In this document: in pieces, positions 1-6,847 of the stretch | Layout: every line of letters starts with the position of its first letter | How positions within the stretch are numbered: the stretch's first letter is position 1 | NCBI GenBank assembly: GCA_041694885.1 | Contig: JBGFRX010000023.1 | Span: forward strand, 1-13,989 | Length of the DNA: 13,989 nucleotides | Direction: 5' to 3' | Origin: Candidatus Micrarchaeota archaeon | GTDB taxonomy: Archaea > Micrarchaeota > Micrarchaeia > Anstonellales > Bilamarchaeaceae | Program-made: the position numbers and the translations under genes | The notes under the pieces: generated by a model | Told to the model about the DNA's origin: nothing | Databases searched by the model: none | The model's input: the letters and a program-made list of their open reading frames with translations, nothing else

Positions 1-1130
1 CTTTTCCACATCTCCTCCGCGAGTTCGCCTTCGTACATGAATTCGTTTATCAGTTCCTTCGCTTTTTCCCTTTTCCCGCGGTGCGCGGCGAGGAAGGTGT
101 TTATTTTCTCTATAAGAATCTGCTTCAGTTCCCCTGAAAGCATCTTCCCGCTTTCGTAGTCCTCGCGTATTTTTTTCAGTTTTTTGTCGTCCTGCTCGAA
201 AAATATGCTCAACCACTGGTATGAAACGTCTATTTCGGGGTTTCCCCCCAGTTTGCGGTGCTCCCCCACGTTCGCCCTTCCACCGGAAAACGCGTAGTTG
301 TTTATCTTATTCCCAACCATTTTCTCATCATCATAAAGCCATATCGCCGTTTCTGCAATGCTCGAGCTCATCTTCCCCTCCACGCCGGTGAGAGGTGGAA
401 GGAATTTGCTGTGTATCGCGCTCGTCTTGTAATAGCCCAGCTCTTCTGCAATGTCCCTCTGTATCCTCCAATATGGGTCCTGGTCTATTGCGGCCGGGAT
501 AAGGCACCTTTTTTTCTCGAAAAAAGTCGGGACAATCTGGTATGCAGGATAAAATGCAAGCCCTATGTTCGTGGAATCAGTAAAGCCGAACACCGCCTTA
601 GCTGTACTCAGCGTGGTCTTTTTCGCAACCTTAAGAAGAAGGGGATAGACGTTCCGGACGTATTCGGAGTCCTTGAATATGAATGTCCTTTTCGGATCCA
701 GCCCGACTGCTATCATGTCCAGAATGTTCTCGTGGGAATATTTCTGGGTATCTTCCCAATTCGCATTTTGCTTCACCAAGAATTTCTCGTCATCGGTAAT
801 TTCCATGTAGAGGTTCGCGCCGAACTTTTCCTGGAGCCATTTCGTAAAAACAAGGGGAATGAGATGGCCAACGTGCATCGAACCGGAAGGTCCTCTCCCA
901 GTATAAAGGAAAATGCCCTTCTTCTTTTCGTAATCGTCCAATGCGAAGTCCAGGTCGCGGTGCGAAAAGAAATAGTCTCTTCTCAGCATGTAATGGAGTT
1001 CACCAGCATCTTTCGCGAGCTGGGCCTTGAGCTTTTCGTCTATTTTTTTGGTTCCGAACTGCTTCACGAGCTTGTCGTAATCAACTGAGCCGCTCACTTC
1101 CCACGGAGTTACTGTAAAATCCGAGTCCAT
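1..1130 (-). CDS. trpS: Tryptophanyl-tRNA synthetase, archaeal/eukaryal type (3' end outside the window)
   Basis: Hand translation from ATG 1130 gives MDSDFTVTPWEVSGSVDYDKLVKQFG..., with LYTGRGPSGSMHVGH (HIGH-like), ITDDEKF, IPAAIDQDPYWR, GKMSSS (KMSKS-like) and YAFSGG. The frame stays open to the left edge (...ELAEEMWK), so no stop lies in the window. Confidence 0.97.
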   Translation of the reverse strand, partial: MDSDFTVTPWEVSGSVDYDKLVKQFGTKKIDEKLKAQLAKDAGELHYMLRRDYFFSHRDLDFALDDYEKKKGIFLYTGRGPSGSMHVGHLIPLVFTKWLQEKFGANLYMEITDDEKFLVKQNANWEDTQKYSHENILDMIAVGLDPKRTFIFKDSEYVRNVYPLLLKVAKKTTLSTAKAVFGFTDSTNIGLAFYPAYQIVPTFFEKKRCLIPAAIDQDPYWRIQRDIAEELGYYKTSAIHSKFLPPLTGVEGKMSSSIAETAIWLYDDEKMVGNKINNYAFSGGRANVGEHRKLGGNPEIDVSYQWLSIFFEQDDKKLKKIREDYESGKMLSGELKQILIEKINTFLAAHRGKREKAKELINEFMYEGELAEEMWK

Positions 1131-1152
1131 AAAAAATTAGTTCGCGTCAGGG

Positions 1153-1161
1153 TTTTAATTA
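1153..1161 (-). promoter_or_regulatory. Possible TATA box for a leaderless trpS transcript
   Basis: TAATTAAAA on the - strand, 23-31 nt upstream of the trpS ATG; no Shine-Dalgarno motif before the ATG. Confidence 0.35.
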
Positions 1162-1162
1162 C

Positions 1163-1693
1163 TTATTGATATTTTCCGATTTTCTCCTTCAGCTCGTCAT
1201 TCTTCATTCTCAGCCAGATGTGGATATCGCTTAGCGCCTGCAATTCAGGCAGCCCTGTGACCTCCCACATCCTTCGCACGAATTCCTGAACATCCTTCAC
1301 GAATTTCGAGGCCTTGAATGCCACAATGATCGAGCCGAGCGGATTGAGGAGCATTGCCACGGTTATGGCGTCAGGACTGTATATATTCTTGGGTCTCACC
1401 CACAGGTTGAAAACCGTCTTTTCTCTGCTCAGCACGTAGTTCAACTCGCTGAGCCGCTGGAGCAATTCCCCTATGGTCTCTTTCTGCTCTTCAATCAGGA
1501 TTTCCTTTTTTGCGAATTCGTTCTCAATAGTATTCAGGAAAAACGAGAGCTTGCGGAGCTCGAATTTGGTTTTCTCGTAAAGCGGCTCCTCGTTCATAAA
1601 AAAGTAATTTTTTATCGAGAGTTTCCTATTGCCCAGTTCCTTTGCGACTTTGGACAGTTTGCCCACTTTATCGCAGTCGAGAATGTTTCTCAT
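1163..1693 (-). CDS. Hypothetical protein, 176 aa, helical/coiled-coil with one hydrophobic segment
   Basis: AGGTGAT SD motif at 1706-1700 overlaps the upstream stop. Charged heptad-like stretch (EFAKKEILIEEQKETIGELLQRLSEL) and hydrophobic AITVAMLLNPLGSIIVAF. No family recognised. Confidence 0.75.
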   Translation of the reverse strand: MRNILDCDKVGKLSKVAKELGNRKLSIKNYFFMNEEPLYEKTKFELRKLSFFLNTIENEFAKKEILIEEQKETIGELLQRLSELNYVLSREKTVFNLWVRPKNIYSPDAITVAMLLNPLGSIIVAFKASKFVKDVQEFVRRMWEVTGLPELQALSDIHIWLRMKNDELKEKIGKYQ

Positions 1694-1700
1694 GGAGCGA

Positions 1701-2312
1701 TCACCTTTCGTGCCAGAGCGCCTTCCTGATGTCGTCTATGAGCAACGCCACCTGGACCGGAAAGTCGATAGTTGCTCCGAAGTCAAGAACACCTTTGAGC
1801 CATGCGAACGCGCCTCCGACTGCTGTTGCGATGCCAGTAACCTTGAGGATGTTCTCGCACCAACTGCTTGCTTCCCCGAAAACCTGACCCCAAACGATCA
1901 TCCCAAGCCCTCCGAAAAACGCGGTACCGGAAACCCAGCCCCTTTTTCCGCTTATTTTTACAGTCGTATCCATTCTGCCTTCTTTGATGCGTGCCTCTGC
2001 TTCTTCGGTAAGAAGCGTGAGGCGCACCTTGTTGCACAAAAGTGATTTTTCATTCTCGAGCAACGGCTTCACTTCTGAGAATCCATCCTTTGCCCTGATT
2101 GCAAACTTATGAGCGATCTCAGTTTGTTTCTTCGATATCTTTCCAGCAGCGCTTTCGAGGGTGTCCTCAAATTTGAGCTGCGCGCCTATCCATTTTGCAA
2201 GATCCTCCACTCGCGCATACGCATTGCCCAGCCCTTCCACATTATAGCCGCTTTCCCTGGGAACCGGATATTTCACGTTGTTCGCGAGTACTTTGAGTGT
2301 GCGCATGTCCAT
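1701..2312 (-). CDS. Hypothetical membrane protein, 203 aa, helical N-terminus plus C-terminal hydrophobic hairpin
   Basis: Tightly packed with both neighbours (gaps of 4 and 7 nt). Two Gly-rich hydrophobic segments: WVSGTAFFGGLGMIVWGQVF and ILKVTGIATAVGGAFAWL. Confidence 0.78.
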   Translation of the reverse strand: MDMRTLKVLANNVKYPVPRESGYNVEGLGNAYARVEDLAKWIGAQLKFEDTLESAAGKISKKQTEIAHKFAIRAKDGFSEVKPLLENEKSLLCNKVRLTLLTEEAEARIKEGRMDTTVKISGKRGWVSGTAFFGGLGMIVWGQVFGEASSWCENILKVTGIATAVGGAFAWLKGVLDFGATIDFPVQVALLIDDIRKALWHER

Positions 2313-2316
2313 GCAA

Positions 2317-2451
2317 TCAATCCTTTTCGAAAAGAGGGGTGCGGCCCAATAGGCGCGATTTTATTTCGACTTTCTTCGCGGAAAGCGCATATGCATTAGC
2401 TGCAAGCGTGCGCACCTTCTCTGCGAATGCAAAACCGTCAAATTCCCCCAT
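2317..2451 (-). CDS. Small hypothetical protein, 44 aa (MGEFDGFAFAEKVRTLAANAYALSAKKVEIKSRLLGRTPLFEKD)
   Basis: Hand translation; shorter than any ORF in the track. SD context GCGGGTGATATTTT-ATG, and the stop lies 4 nt before the next ATG (2312). Confidence 0.6.
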   Translation of the reverse strand: MGEFDGFAFAEKVRTLAANAYALSAKKVEIKSRLLGRTPLFEKD

Positions 2452-2497
2452 AAAATATCACCCGCAAAAGAATATACTACCACACTCGTTTTGAATA

Positions 2498-2505
2498 TTT
2501 ATAAA
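2498..2505. promoter_or_regulatory. Palindromic TATA box, candidate bidirectional promoter
   Basis: TTTATAAA reads the same on both strands. It is about 24 nt before the epimerase ATG (2529, +) and upstream of the divergent small ORF (2451, -). Confidence 0.5.
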
Positions 2506-2528
2506 CCTTGCCGAACCCACACCATAGT

Positions 2529-3416
2529 ATGAAAATTTGCCTTACAGGAGGAACTGGAAAATTGGGGCAGGAGGTACTTCAGCTGATTCCAAATGCGATT
2601 CCTTTGGTGCGGAAGCCCCTGGGGCACAGGAATGAACAGATTGTGGATTTCTCCAACTTCGCTTCTCTGAAAAAAGCCCTTTCTGACTGCGATGTGCTGA
2701 TTCATCTCGCCGGTTCGATGGAGTTCTACGACGAAAAGGGCTTGTACGAAGGGAACGTTTTGCTAACTAAAAATTTGCTTTCCGCGCTTCCAAAAAATTC
2801 CCAGGTGGTTTACGCATCTTCTGTTTCCGTTTACGGGAAAGAACTTGGAGGGAAAGCGGACGAAGATACGCCCGCTAACCCGGATTCTGCATACGCAAGG
2901 ACGAAATACGAGGCAGAGCGCATGGTTATGTTGCGCCCCAATTCGGTTGCGCTGCGCATTGGTCCCATCTACGGGCCGCAATATTCCGACTATTCGAAAT
3001 TTTTGAGGATGATTAAAAAGGGGAAGATGGTGATTTTCGGCGATGGAAAAAACATTGTTTCTTTTGCGCATGTTTCGGACGTTGCGAAAGCAGTAAGAAA
3101 TGCGGTGAATGCGAAGGCGGGAATTTACGTAGTGAGTGGACCAGGCAAGGCGCAGGAGAAAATTTACGCAACAGCTGCACAGGAAATGGGTGTTGCAGCG
3201 CCTAAAATTAAAATTCCGCTCAAAATTGCGCTTGTAGTTGCGCGCGCTGAGGAAATGCTTGCGAAAATCATGGGCAAAAAACCCCTCATCACGCGTGAGC
3301 ACGTGAACATCTTAGGCAGGAGCAGGGTTTTTGATTTTTCGAAGGCAAAAAAATACTTAGGGTTCAGGCCAAGAACATTGGAAAAAGGAATAAAAGAAAT
3401 GGTAAACGCTGTTTGA
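2529..3416 (+). CDS. NAD(P)-dependent epimerase/dehydratase (extended SDR), 295 aa
   Basis: Probable start ATG 2529 (MKICLTGGTGKLG, Rossmann GxxGxxG), HLAG, YASSVSVYG, catalytic YARTK (YxxxK), LRIGPIYGP, HVSDVA. Confidence 0.93.
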   Translation: MKICLTGGTGKLGQEVLQLIPNAIPLVRKPLGHRNEQIVDFSNFASLKKALSDCDVLIHLAGSMEFYDEKGLYEGNVLLTKNLLSALPKNSQVVYASSVSVYGKELGGKADEDTPANPDSAYARTKYEAERMVMLRPNSVALRIGPIYGPQYSDYSKFLRMIKKGKMVIFGDGKNIVSFAHVSDVAKAVRNAVNAKAGIYVVSGPGKAQEKIYATAAQEMGVAAPKIKIPLKIALVVARAEEMLAKIMGKKPLITREHVNILGRSRVFDFSKAKKYLGFRPRTLEKGIKEMVNAV

Positions 3417-3533
3417 TAAGATGCGACCGATGATAAGAAAATGCGGCAGATATGTTGACATAAGCCCTGCCAAATCAAGTATTTGCTGCACGCTCGTATC
3501 TGCCTAGCTTTCGTTCAATTTTCGGTGTTTTCG

Positions 3534-3575
3534 GGAAGTCCGCGCGTTCAAAGCGAAGATTTATAGGATGTAGCC
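3534..3575 (+). repeat. Direct repeat, copy 1 (upstream of tRNA-Leu)
   Basis: GGAAGTCCGCGCGTTCAAAGCGAAGATTTATAGGATGTAGCC; differs from 3955-3997 only by a 1-nt and a 2-nt indel. Confidence 0.9.
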
Positions 3576-3615
3576 CCATCTAATTCTAATTACGCCTAAT
3601 TCTCAGCGGCTTCTG

Positions 3616-3643
3616 AAGCTGGAAACCGGAAACTGGGAACAGA
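3616..3643. repeat. Degenerate 7-nt tandem repeat, 4 units
   Basis: AAGCTGG AAACCGG AAACTGG GAACAGA. The reverse complement of 3621-3636 matches 3697-3712 (tRNA intron 1) at 15/16 positions. Confidence 0.75.
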
Positions 3644-3695
3644 AAATATTTGCTATCTGGGCAAATATCGCGCAGGGATGGCGGAGCCCGGTCAA

Positions 3696-3738
3696 ACCAG
3701 TTTCCAGTTTCCCGTTTCGGGTTTCGGACTGGGGCGAA
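3696..3738 (+). other. tRNA-Leu intron 1 (D arm, 21/22), 43 nt, relaxed BHB
   Basis: Bulges AA^A (3694-3696) and AA^T (3737-3739); central helix GGTC/GGCG with 3 of 4 pairs; intron helix CCAGTTT/GGACTGG. Confidence 0.8.
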
Positions 3739-3754
3739 TCGCGCCAGACTCAAG

Positions 3755-3799
3755 GTTTAGTTCCGGAACGCAAAGCGCGAAACCCGAAACACATGAGCA
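3755..3799 (+). other. tRNA-Leu intron 2 (canonical 37/38), 45 nt
   Basis: Central helix CTCA (3749-3752)/TGAG (3794-3797); bulges AG^G and CA^A. Confidence 0.92.
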
Positions 3800-3831
3800 A
3801 TCTGGTGTCCTAGCGGCTACGAAGGTTCAAA

Positions 3832-3899
3832 ATGCATCCCTTTTTCCTGGAAAGAAAAACGTCTGTATCAATCCCAAAAAGAAACGGGCGGTATGAAAT
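3832..3899 (+). other. tRNA-Leu intron 3 (T loop, 59/60), 68 nt
   Basis: Central helix TTCA (3826-3829)/TGAA (3894-3897); bulges AA^A and AT^T; outer helix is the T stem GAAGG/CCTTC. Splicing restores the TTCAAAT loop. Confidence 0.92.
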
Positions 3900-3913
3900 T
3901 CCTTCTCCCTGCA

Positions 3914-3927
3914 TCTTTCTTCTTTCT
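3914..3927 (+). terminator. Pyrimidine-rich tract after tRNA-Leu, candidate archaeal terminator
   Basis: TCTTTCTTCTTTCT immediately follows the discriminator base. Confidence 0.35.
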
Positions 3928-3954
3928 ATGAGTCTTACCATCTTGTTAGCTGGC

Positions 3955-3997
3955 GGAAGTCCGCCGTTCAAAGCGAAGATTTCCATAGGATGTAGCC
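3955..3997 (+). repeat. Direct repeat, copy 2 (between convergent tRNA-Leu and tRNA-Pro)
   Basis: GGAAGTCCGCCGTTCAAAGCGAAGATTTCCATAGGATGTAGCC; compare 3534-3575. Confidence 0.9.
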
Positions 3998-4027
3998 GGT
4001 TGTGGTAATAAGAGCAGAAAGGTTCTA

Positions 4028-4100
4028 TGGGACCGCTGAGATTTGAACTCAGATAACGAACTCCCGAAGCTCGCAGCATACCAGGTTAGCTCACGATCCC
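4028..4100 (-). tRNA. tRNA-Pro(CGG), intronless
   Basis: Reverse complement folds as GGGATCG TG AGC TAACCTGGTAT GCT G CGAGC TT-CGG-GA GTTCG TTAT CTGAG TTCAAAT CTCAG CGGTCCC A (73 nt); anticodon at 4066-4064. Confidence 0.95.
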
Positions 4101-4175
4101 GCAAAAAGAGCGCTGGGACTAACCTTATTAAGAGTATTTTATAATTCACTATGAATGCTTTTTTAAAGTGATTTC

Positions 4176-5858
4176 ATGCCCCTAAATGAGATAATCCGGA
4201 AGCACGCGCTGAAGAACGCATTCGATTACGGCAAGGCGAATGCCGGTTCCATCACGGGGAAAGTCATAGCAGAGTTTCCGGATGCGAAAGACGACATGAA
4301 GGGCACTATGGGGCTGATTGCGAAGGCGGTGCAGGAAGTAAACGGGATGAAAAGGGGCGAAATCGAAGCCGAATTGAAGAATTACCCGTTTGCGGAAAAG
4401 AAGGCAGCGGGGGAAAGGAAAATAATTCTGCCGAACGCGGAAGAGGGGAAGGTTGTAACGCGGTTTCCTCCTGAACCAAGCGGCTATCCGCACATAGGCC
4501 ACGCTAAGGCCGCATTCCTGGATTTTGAGGCAGCCAAGGCATATAACGGAGCGATGCACCTGCAATTCGACGACACTAATCCAGAGAAGGGGGGGATGGA
4601 ATACGTTGAAGCGATAAAGGATGGGCTGGAATGGCTCGGCATATTCTGGGCAAAGGAATTCTACACCTCGGATTACATGCACGTGATTTACGATTATGCG
4701 GAAAAAGGACTAAGAAACGGAGCGCTTTATGTGTGCACCTGCACGCAGGAACAGACGAGCAGGAACCGCGAGAAGGGGAAGCAGTGCGCGTGCAGCACTC
4801 TCACCAGGGACGAAAATCTCGCAAGATGGAAGAAAATGAATTCTGATTACAATGAAGGTGAAGCCGTTGTCCGTTTCCGCGGCGACATGGAAGCGACAAA
4901 CACCGCACTGCGCGATCCCGCGATGCTGCGCATTGTGGATGCGCCGCACTACAGGCAGGGGAAAAAATACCGCGTGTGGCCCAATTACGATTTCGCAACT
5001 CCCATACTAACTGAAAAGATGGGAGTGACGCACATAATGAGGAGCAAGGAATACGAACTGCGGGACGAACTCTATTTCAGGATATGTGCAGCGCTCGGGA
5101 TCGCAAAAACAGAAGTGGTTGGTTTCTCCCGCCTCAATATAAAAAACGCGCCAATAAGCAAGCGCCTGATGATTCCGCTTGTGAAGGAAGGAAAGGTCGC
5201 GGGTTGGGACGATCCCCGTCTTCCAACTTTGAAGGGGCTCGCACGAAGAGGCATACTTCCTGAAGCGATAAGGAATTTCGTACTTTCTTTTGGTCTTTCC
5301 AAAGTGGAGAGCGAGCCGGGATGGGACAAACTCCTTTCGGAGAACAGGAAATTGCTCGAACCAACCTCCAGGCATTATTTCTTCGTTGCCAACCCGATCA
5401 AGGTGGAGATAAAAGGCGCGAAGCCGCAGGCACTTGAGTTAAAATCGTATCCAAAGGAAAACCCGGGTACAAGGAAAATTTCCGTCTCGGATTTTGTTTA
5501 TATTTCAAGGGACGATTTCGAAAAGATTGAAGAAGGCGAAACATTCCGGCTCAAGGACTTATATAATGTGAAAATGATTTCAAAAGAAAACTGCGAAGTT
5601 GAAATGGAGGCGGACAAAATAGTAGAAAAGAAAATCCAATGGGTAACTGATTATGTTGAGACAGAAGTGATTAAGCCGCATGATTTGCTGAATGAGGATG
5701 GAACTTTCAACGAAAACGGCCTGGAAGTAGTGAAGGGCTATGCGGAAAAGAACGTTCTGGGGCTGAAGGAAGGCGAAACAGTGCAGTTTGAGCGGTTCGG
5801 CTTCTGCCGTCTGGACAGGAAAGGGGATGAAAAACTGGTTTTCGTTTATTCGTGCTGA
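4176..5858 (+). CDS. gltX: Glutamyl-tRNA synthetase, archaeal type, 560 aa
   Basis: TRFPPEPSGYPHIGH, FDDTNP, THIMRSKE, ISKR (KMSKS-like), GWDDPRLPT, C-terminal beta-barrel ending VQFERFGFCRLD, and the archaeal N-terminal extension. AAGTGAT SD at 4166-4172. Confidence 0.97.
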   Translation: MPLNEIIRKHALKNAFDYGKANAGSITGKVIAEFPDAKDDMKGTMGLIAKAVQEVNGMKRGEIEAELKNYPFAEKKAAGERKIILPNAEEGKVVTRFPPEPSGYPHIGHAKAAFLDFEAAKAYNGAMHLQFDDTNPEKGGMEYVEAIKDGLEWLGIFWAKEFYTSDYMHVIYDYAEKGLRNGALYVCTCTQEQTSRNREKGKQCACSTLTRDENLARWKKMNSDYNEGEAVVRFRGDMEATNTALRDPAMLRIVDAPHYRQGKKYRVWPNYDFATPILTEKMGVTHIMRSKEYELRDELYFRICAALGIAKTEVVGFSRLNIKNAPISKRLMIPLVKEGKVAGWDDPRLPTLKGLARRGILPEAIRNFVLSFGLSKVESEPGWDKLLSENRKLLEPTSRHYFFVANPIKVEIKGAKPQALELKSYPKENPGTRKISVSDFVYISRDDFEKIEEGETFRLKDLYNVKMISKENCEVEMEADKIVEKKIQWVTDYVETEVIKPHDLLNEDGTFNENGLEVVKGYAEKNVLGLKEGETVQFERFGFCRLDRKGDEKLVFVYSC

Positions 5859-5896
5859 GCTCGAAACACGAAGATGCGAAAAGGCGGAAAGAAATA

Positions 5897-5904
5897 TATA
5901 TAAA
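5897..5904 (+). promoter_or_regulatory. TATA box with purine-rich BRE-like sequence upstream
   Basis: GGAAAGAAATA-TATATAAA, about 40 nt upstream of ATG 5943. Confidence 0.5.
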
Positions 5905-5942
5905 CCCTTTTTGTTATAATACTTGATATAAAGGCGAGTTAG

Positions 5943-6803
5943 ATGGCGCAATATGATTATAATACTTCAGCGAGCGCTGCGAAGGAGATCCGACTGCCGA
6001 AATTCGAGAAAAAGGAGGAAATGGAACTTCCGCAGTTCGCAAAGGACGTGCCGCTACGCGCGATAGTGAAGAAGCACGGCAGAAATATGACGTTGGAGTA
6101 CGAGTGGAACATAATTGGAGGCGAGGAAATAAGGATTTCCGTTGCGAACTTCAGGGATGGCGAAAACCTCGCCAACGTACACAAGCTTAGGATAGAGGAC
6201 GGAGTGGACGTCGCGTCTTTCAGAATAGCTGACACGACTTACGTGATAAGGAAGACAACCGAAGACGTTGCGAAGGGACTTATGAAGGCAGGCGGAAAGC
6301 TAAAGGCCTCAATCCTTGGTGTGATAGGATACTTCAAGACGACAAAAGAAAACATTTATACTGTCTCCAAAATGGAAAATGACTCATGGTCGCTCGACAA
6401 GCGGCTCGGCGTGAAGCAGTTCTCGCTTGAAGAGATGAAGGAAGCGGAAAAAAGGAAATTCTTCGACCTCGTGATGGAGCAGCTGCTCAGGGTATGCAAG
6501 CAGGGTTATGCGCTCAAGGACTTCTCGCTTTTTGACGTGATAGTCATGAAAAAGAAGATTGTTTTCTGGAACGCGGCAGCGCTCGTGAAGCTCAGCGCAT
6601 CAGAGACAGTGGATTCCCTCATAGGAAACCTGAAGGTGATGGTAAAGAGCGGAATCGCGAAGAAGGGCGACGTGGTCTACGGAATCGCAGTCTCGTTCGG
6701 GATAATGAAAAAAGAATATTTTGAATGGGCGAAGGAGAACAACATAAAGGCAGGGGACGAGATGGGGATACTCGAGAAGATAGAAAAGAAGGTGCTTGGA
6801 TAA
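5943..6803 (+). CDS. Hypothetical protein, 286 aa, possible degenerate kinase-like fold
   Basis: Long ORF with its own TATA box. The segment LGVIGYF..IYTVSKME..SL...LVMEQLLRVCKQGYALKDFSLFDVIV..KIVFWN has the spacing of Kdo/WaaP/Bud32-like kinase C-lobes (recognised by eye only). Confidence 0.75.
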   Translation: MAQYDYNTSASAAKEIRLPKFEKKEEMELPQFAKDVPLRAIVKKHGRNMTLEYEWNIIGGEEIRISVANFRDGENLANVHKLRIEDGVDVASFRIADTTYVIRKTTEDVAKGLMKAGGKLKASILGVIGYFKTTKENIYTVSKMENDSWSLDKRLGVKQFSLEEMKEAEKRKFFDLVMEQLLRVCKQGYALKDFSLFDVIVMKKKIVFWNAAALVKLSASETVDSLIGNLKVMVKSGIAKKGDVVYGIAVSFGIMKKEYFEWAKENNIKAGDEMGILEKIEKKVLG

Positions 6804-6847
6804 CCTGGCATTCCTTCAATCGATTCTGTTCTTATATCTCCTCTCTT

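Larger units (their letters stand above)
3672..3913 (+). tRNA. tRNA-Leu(CAA) with three introns (21/22, 37/38, 59/60)
   Basis: Exons 3672-3695, 3739-3754, 3800-3831 and 3900-3913 join into an 86-nt cloverleaf: acceptor GCAGGGA/TCCCTGC plus discriminator A, D stem GCGG/TCGC, anticodon stem CCAGA/TCTGG with loop CT-CAA-GA, 15-nt variable region, T arm GAAGG-TTCAAAT-CCTTC. CCA is not encoded. Confidence 0.95.

Noticed and set aside
258..1088. 276-aa + strand ORF
   Set aside because: Antisense shadow of trpS, which has clear motifs on the - strand.
3476..3579. Short - strand ORF of about 34 aa (MGLHPINLRFERADF...) crossing direct-repeat copy 1
   Set aside because: The indels in copy 2 do not keep this frame; no SD motif or recognisable domain.
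3534..3997. Direct repeats as a CRISPR array, tRNA att sites or IS ends
   Set aside because: Only two copies 421 bp apart with no cas genes; no identity to either tRNA 3' end; no transposase or clear terminal hairpin shared by both copies.
3678..4149. ORFs 3678-3896 (+), 3810-4079 (-) and 3946-4149 (-)
   Set aside because: They overlap the tRNA-Leu and tRNA-Pro genes and show no protein motifs.
5860..5894. CGAAACACGAAGATGCGAAAAGGCGGAAAG after gltX as another heptamer array
   Set aside because: The period drifts from 7 to 8 or more after two units; too degenerate to support.
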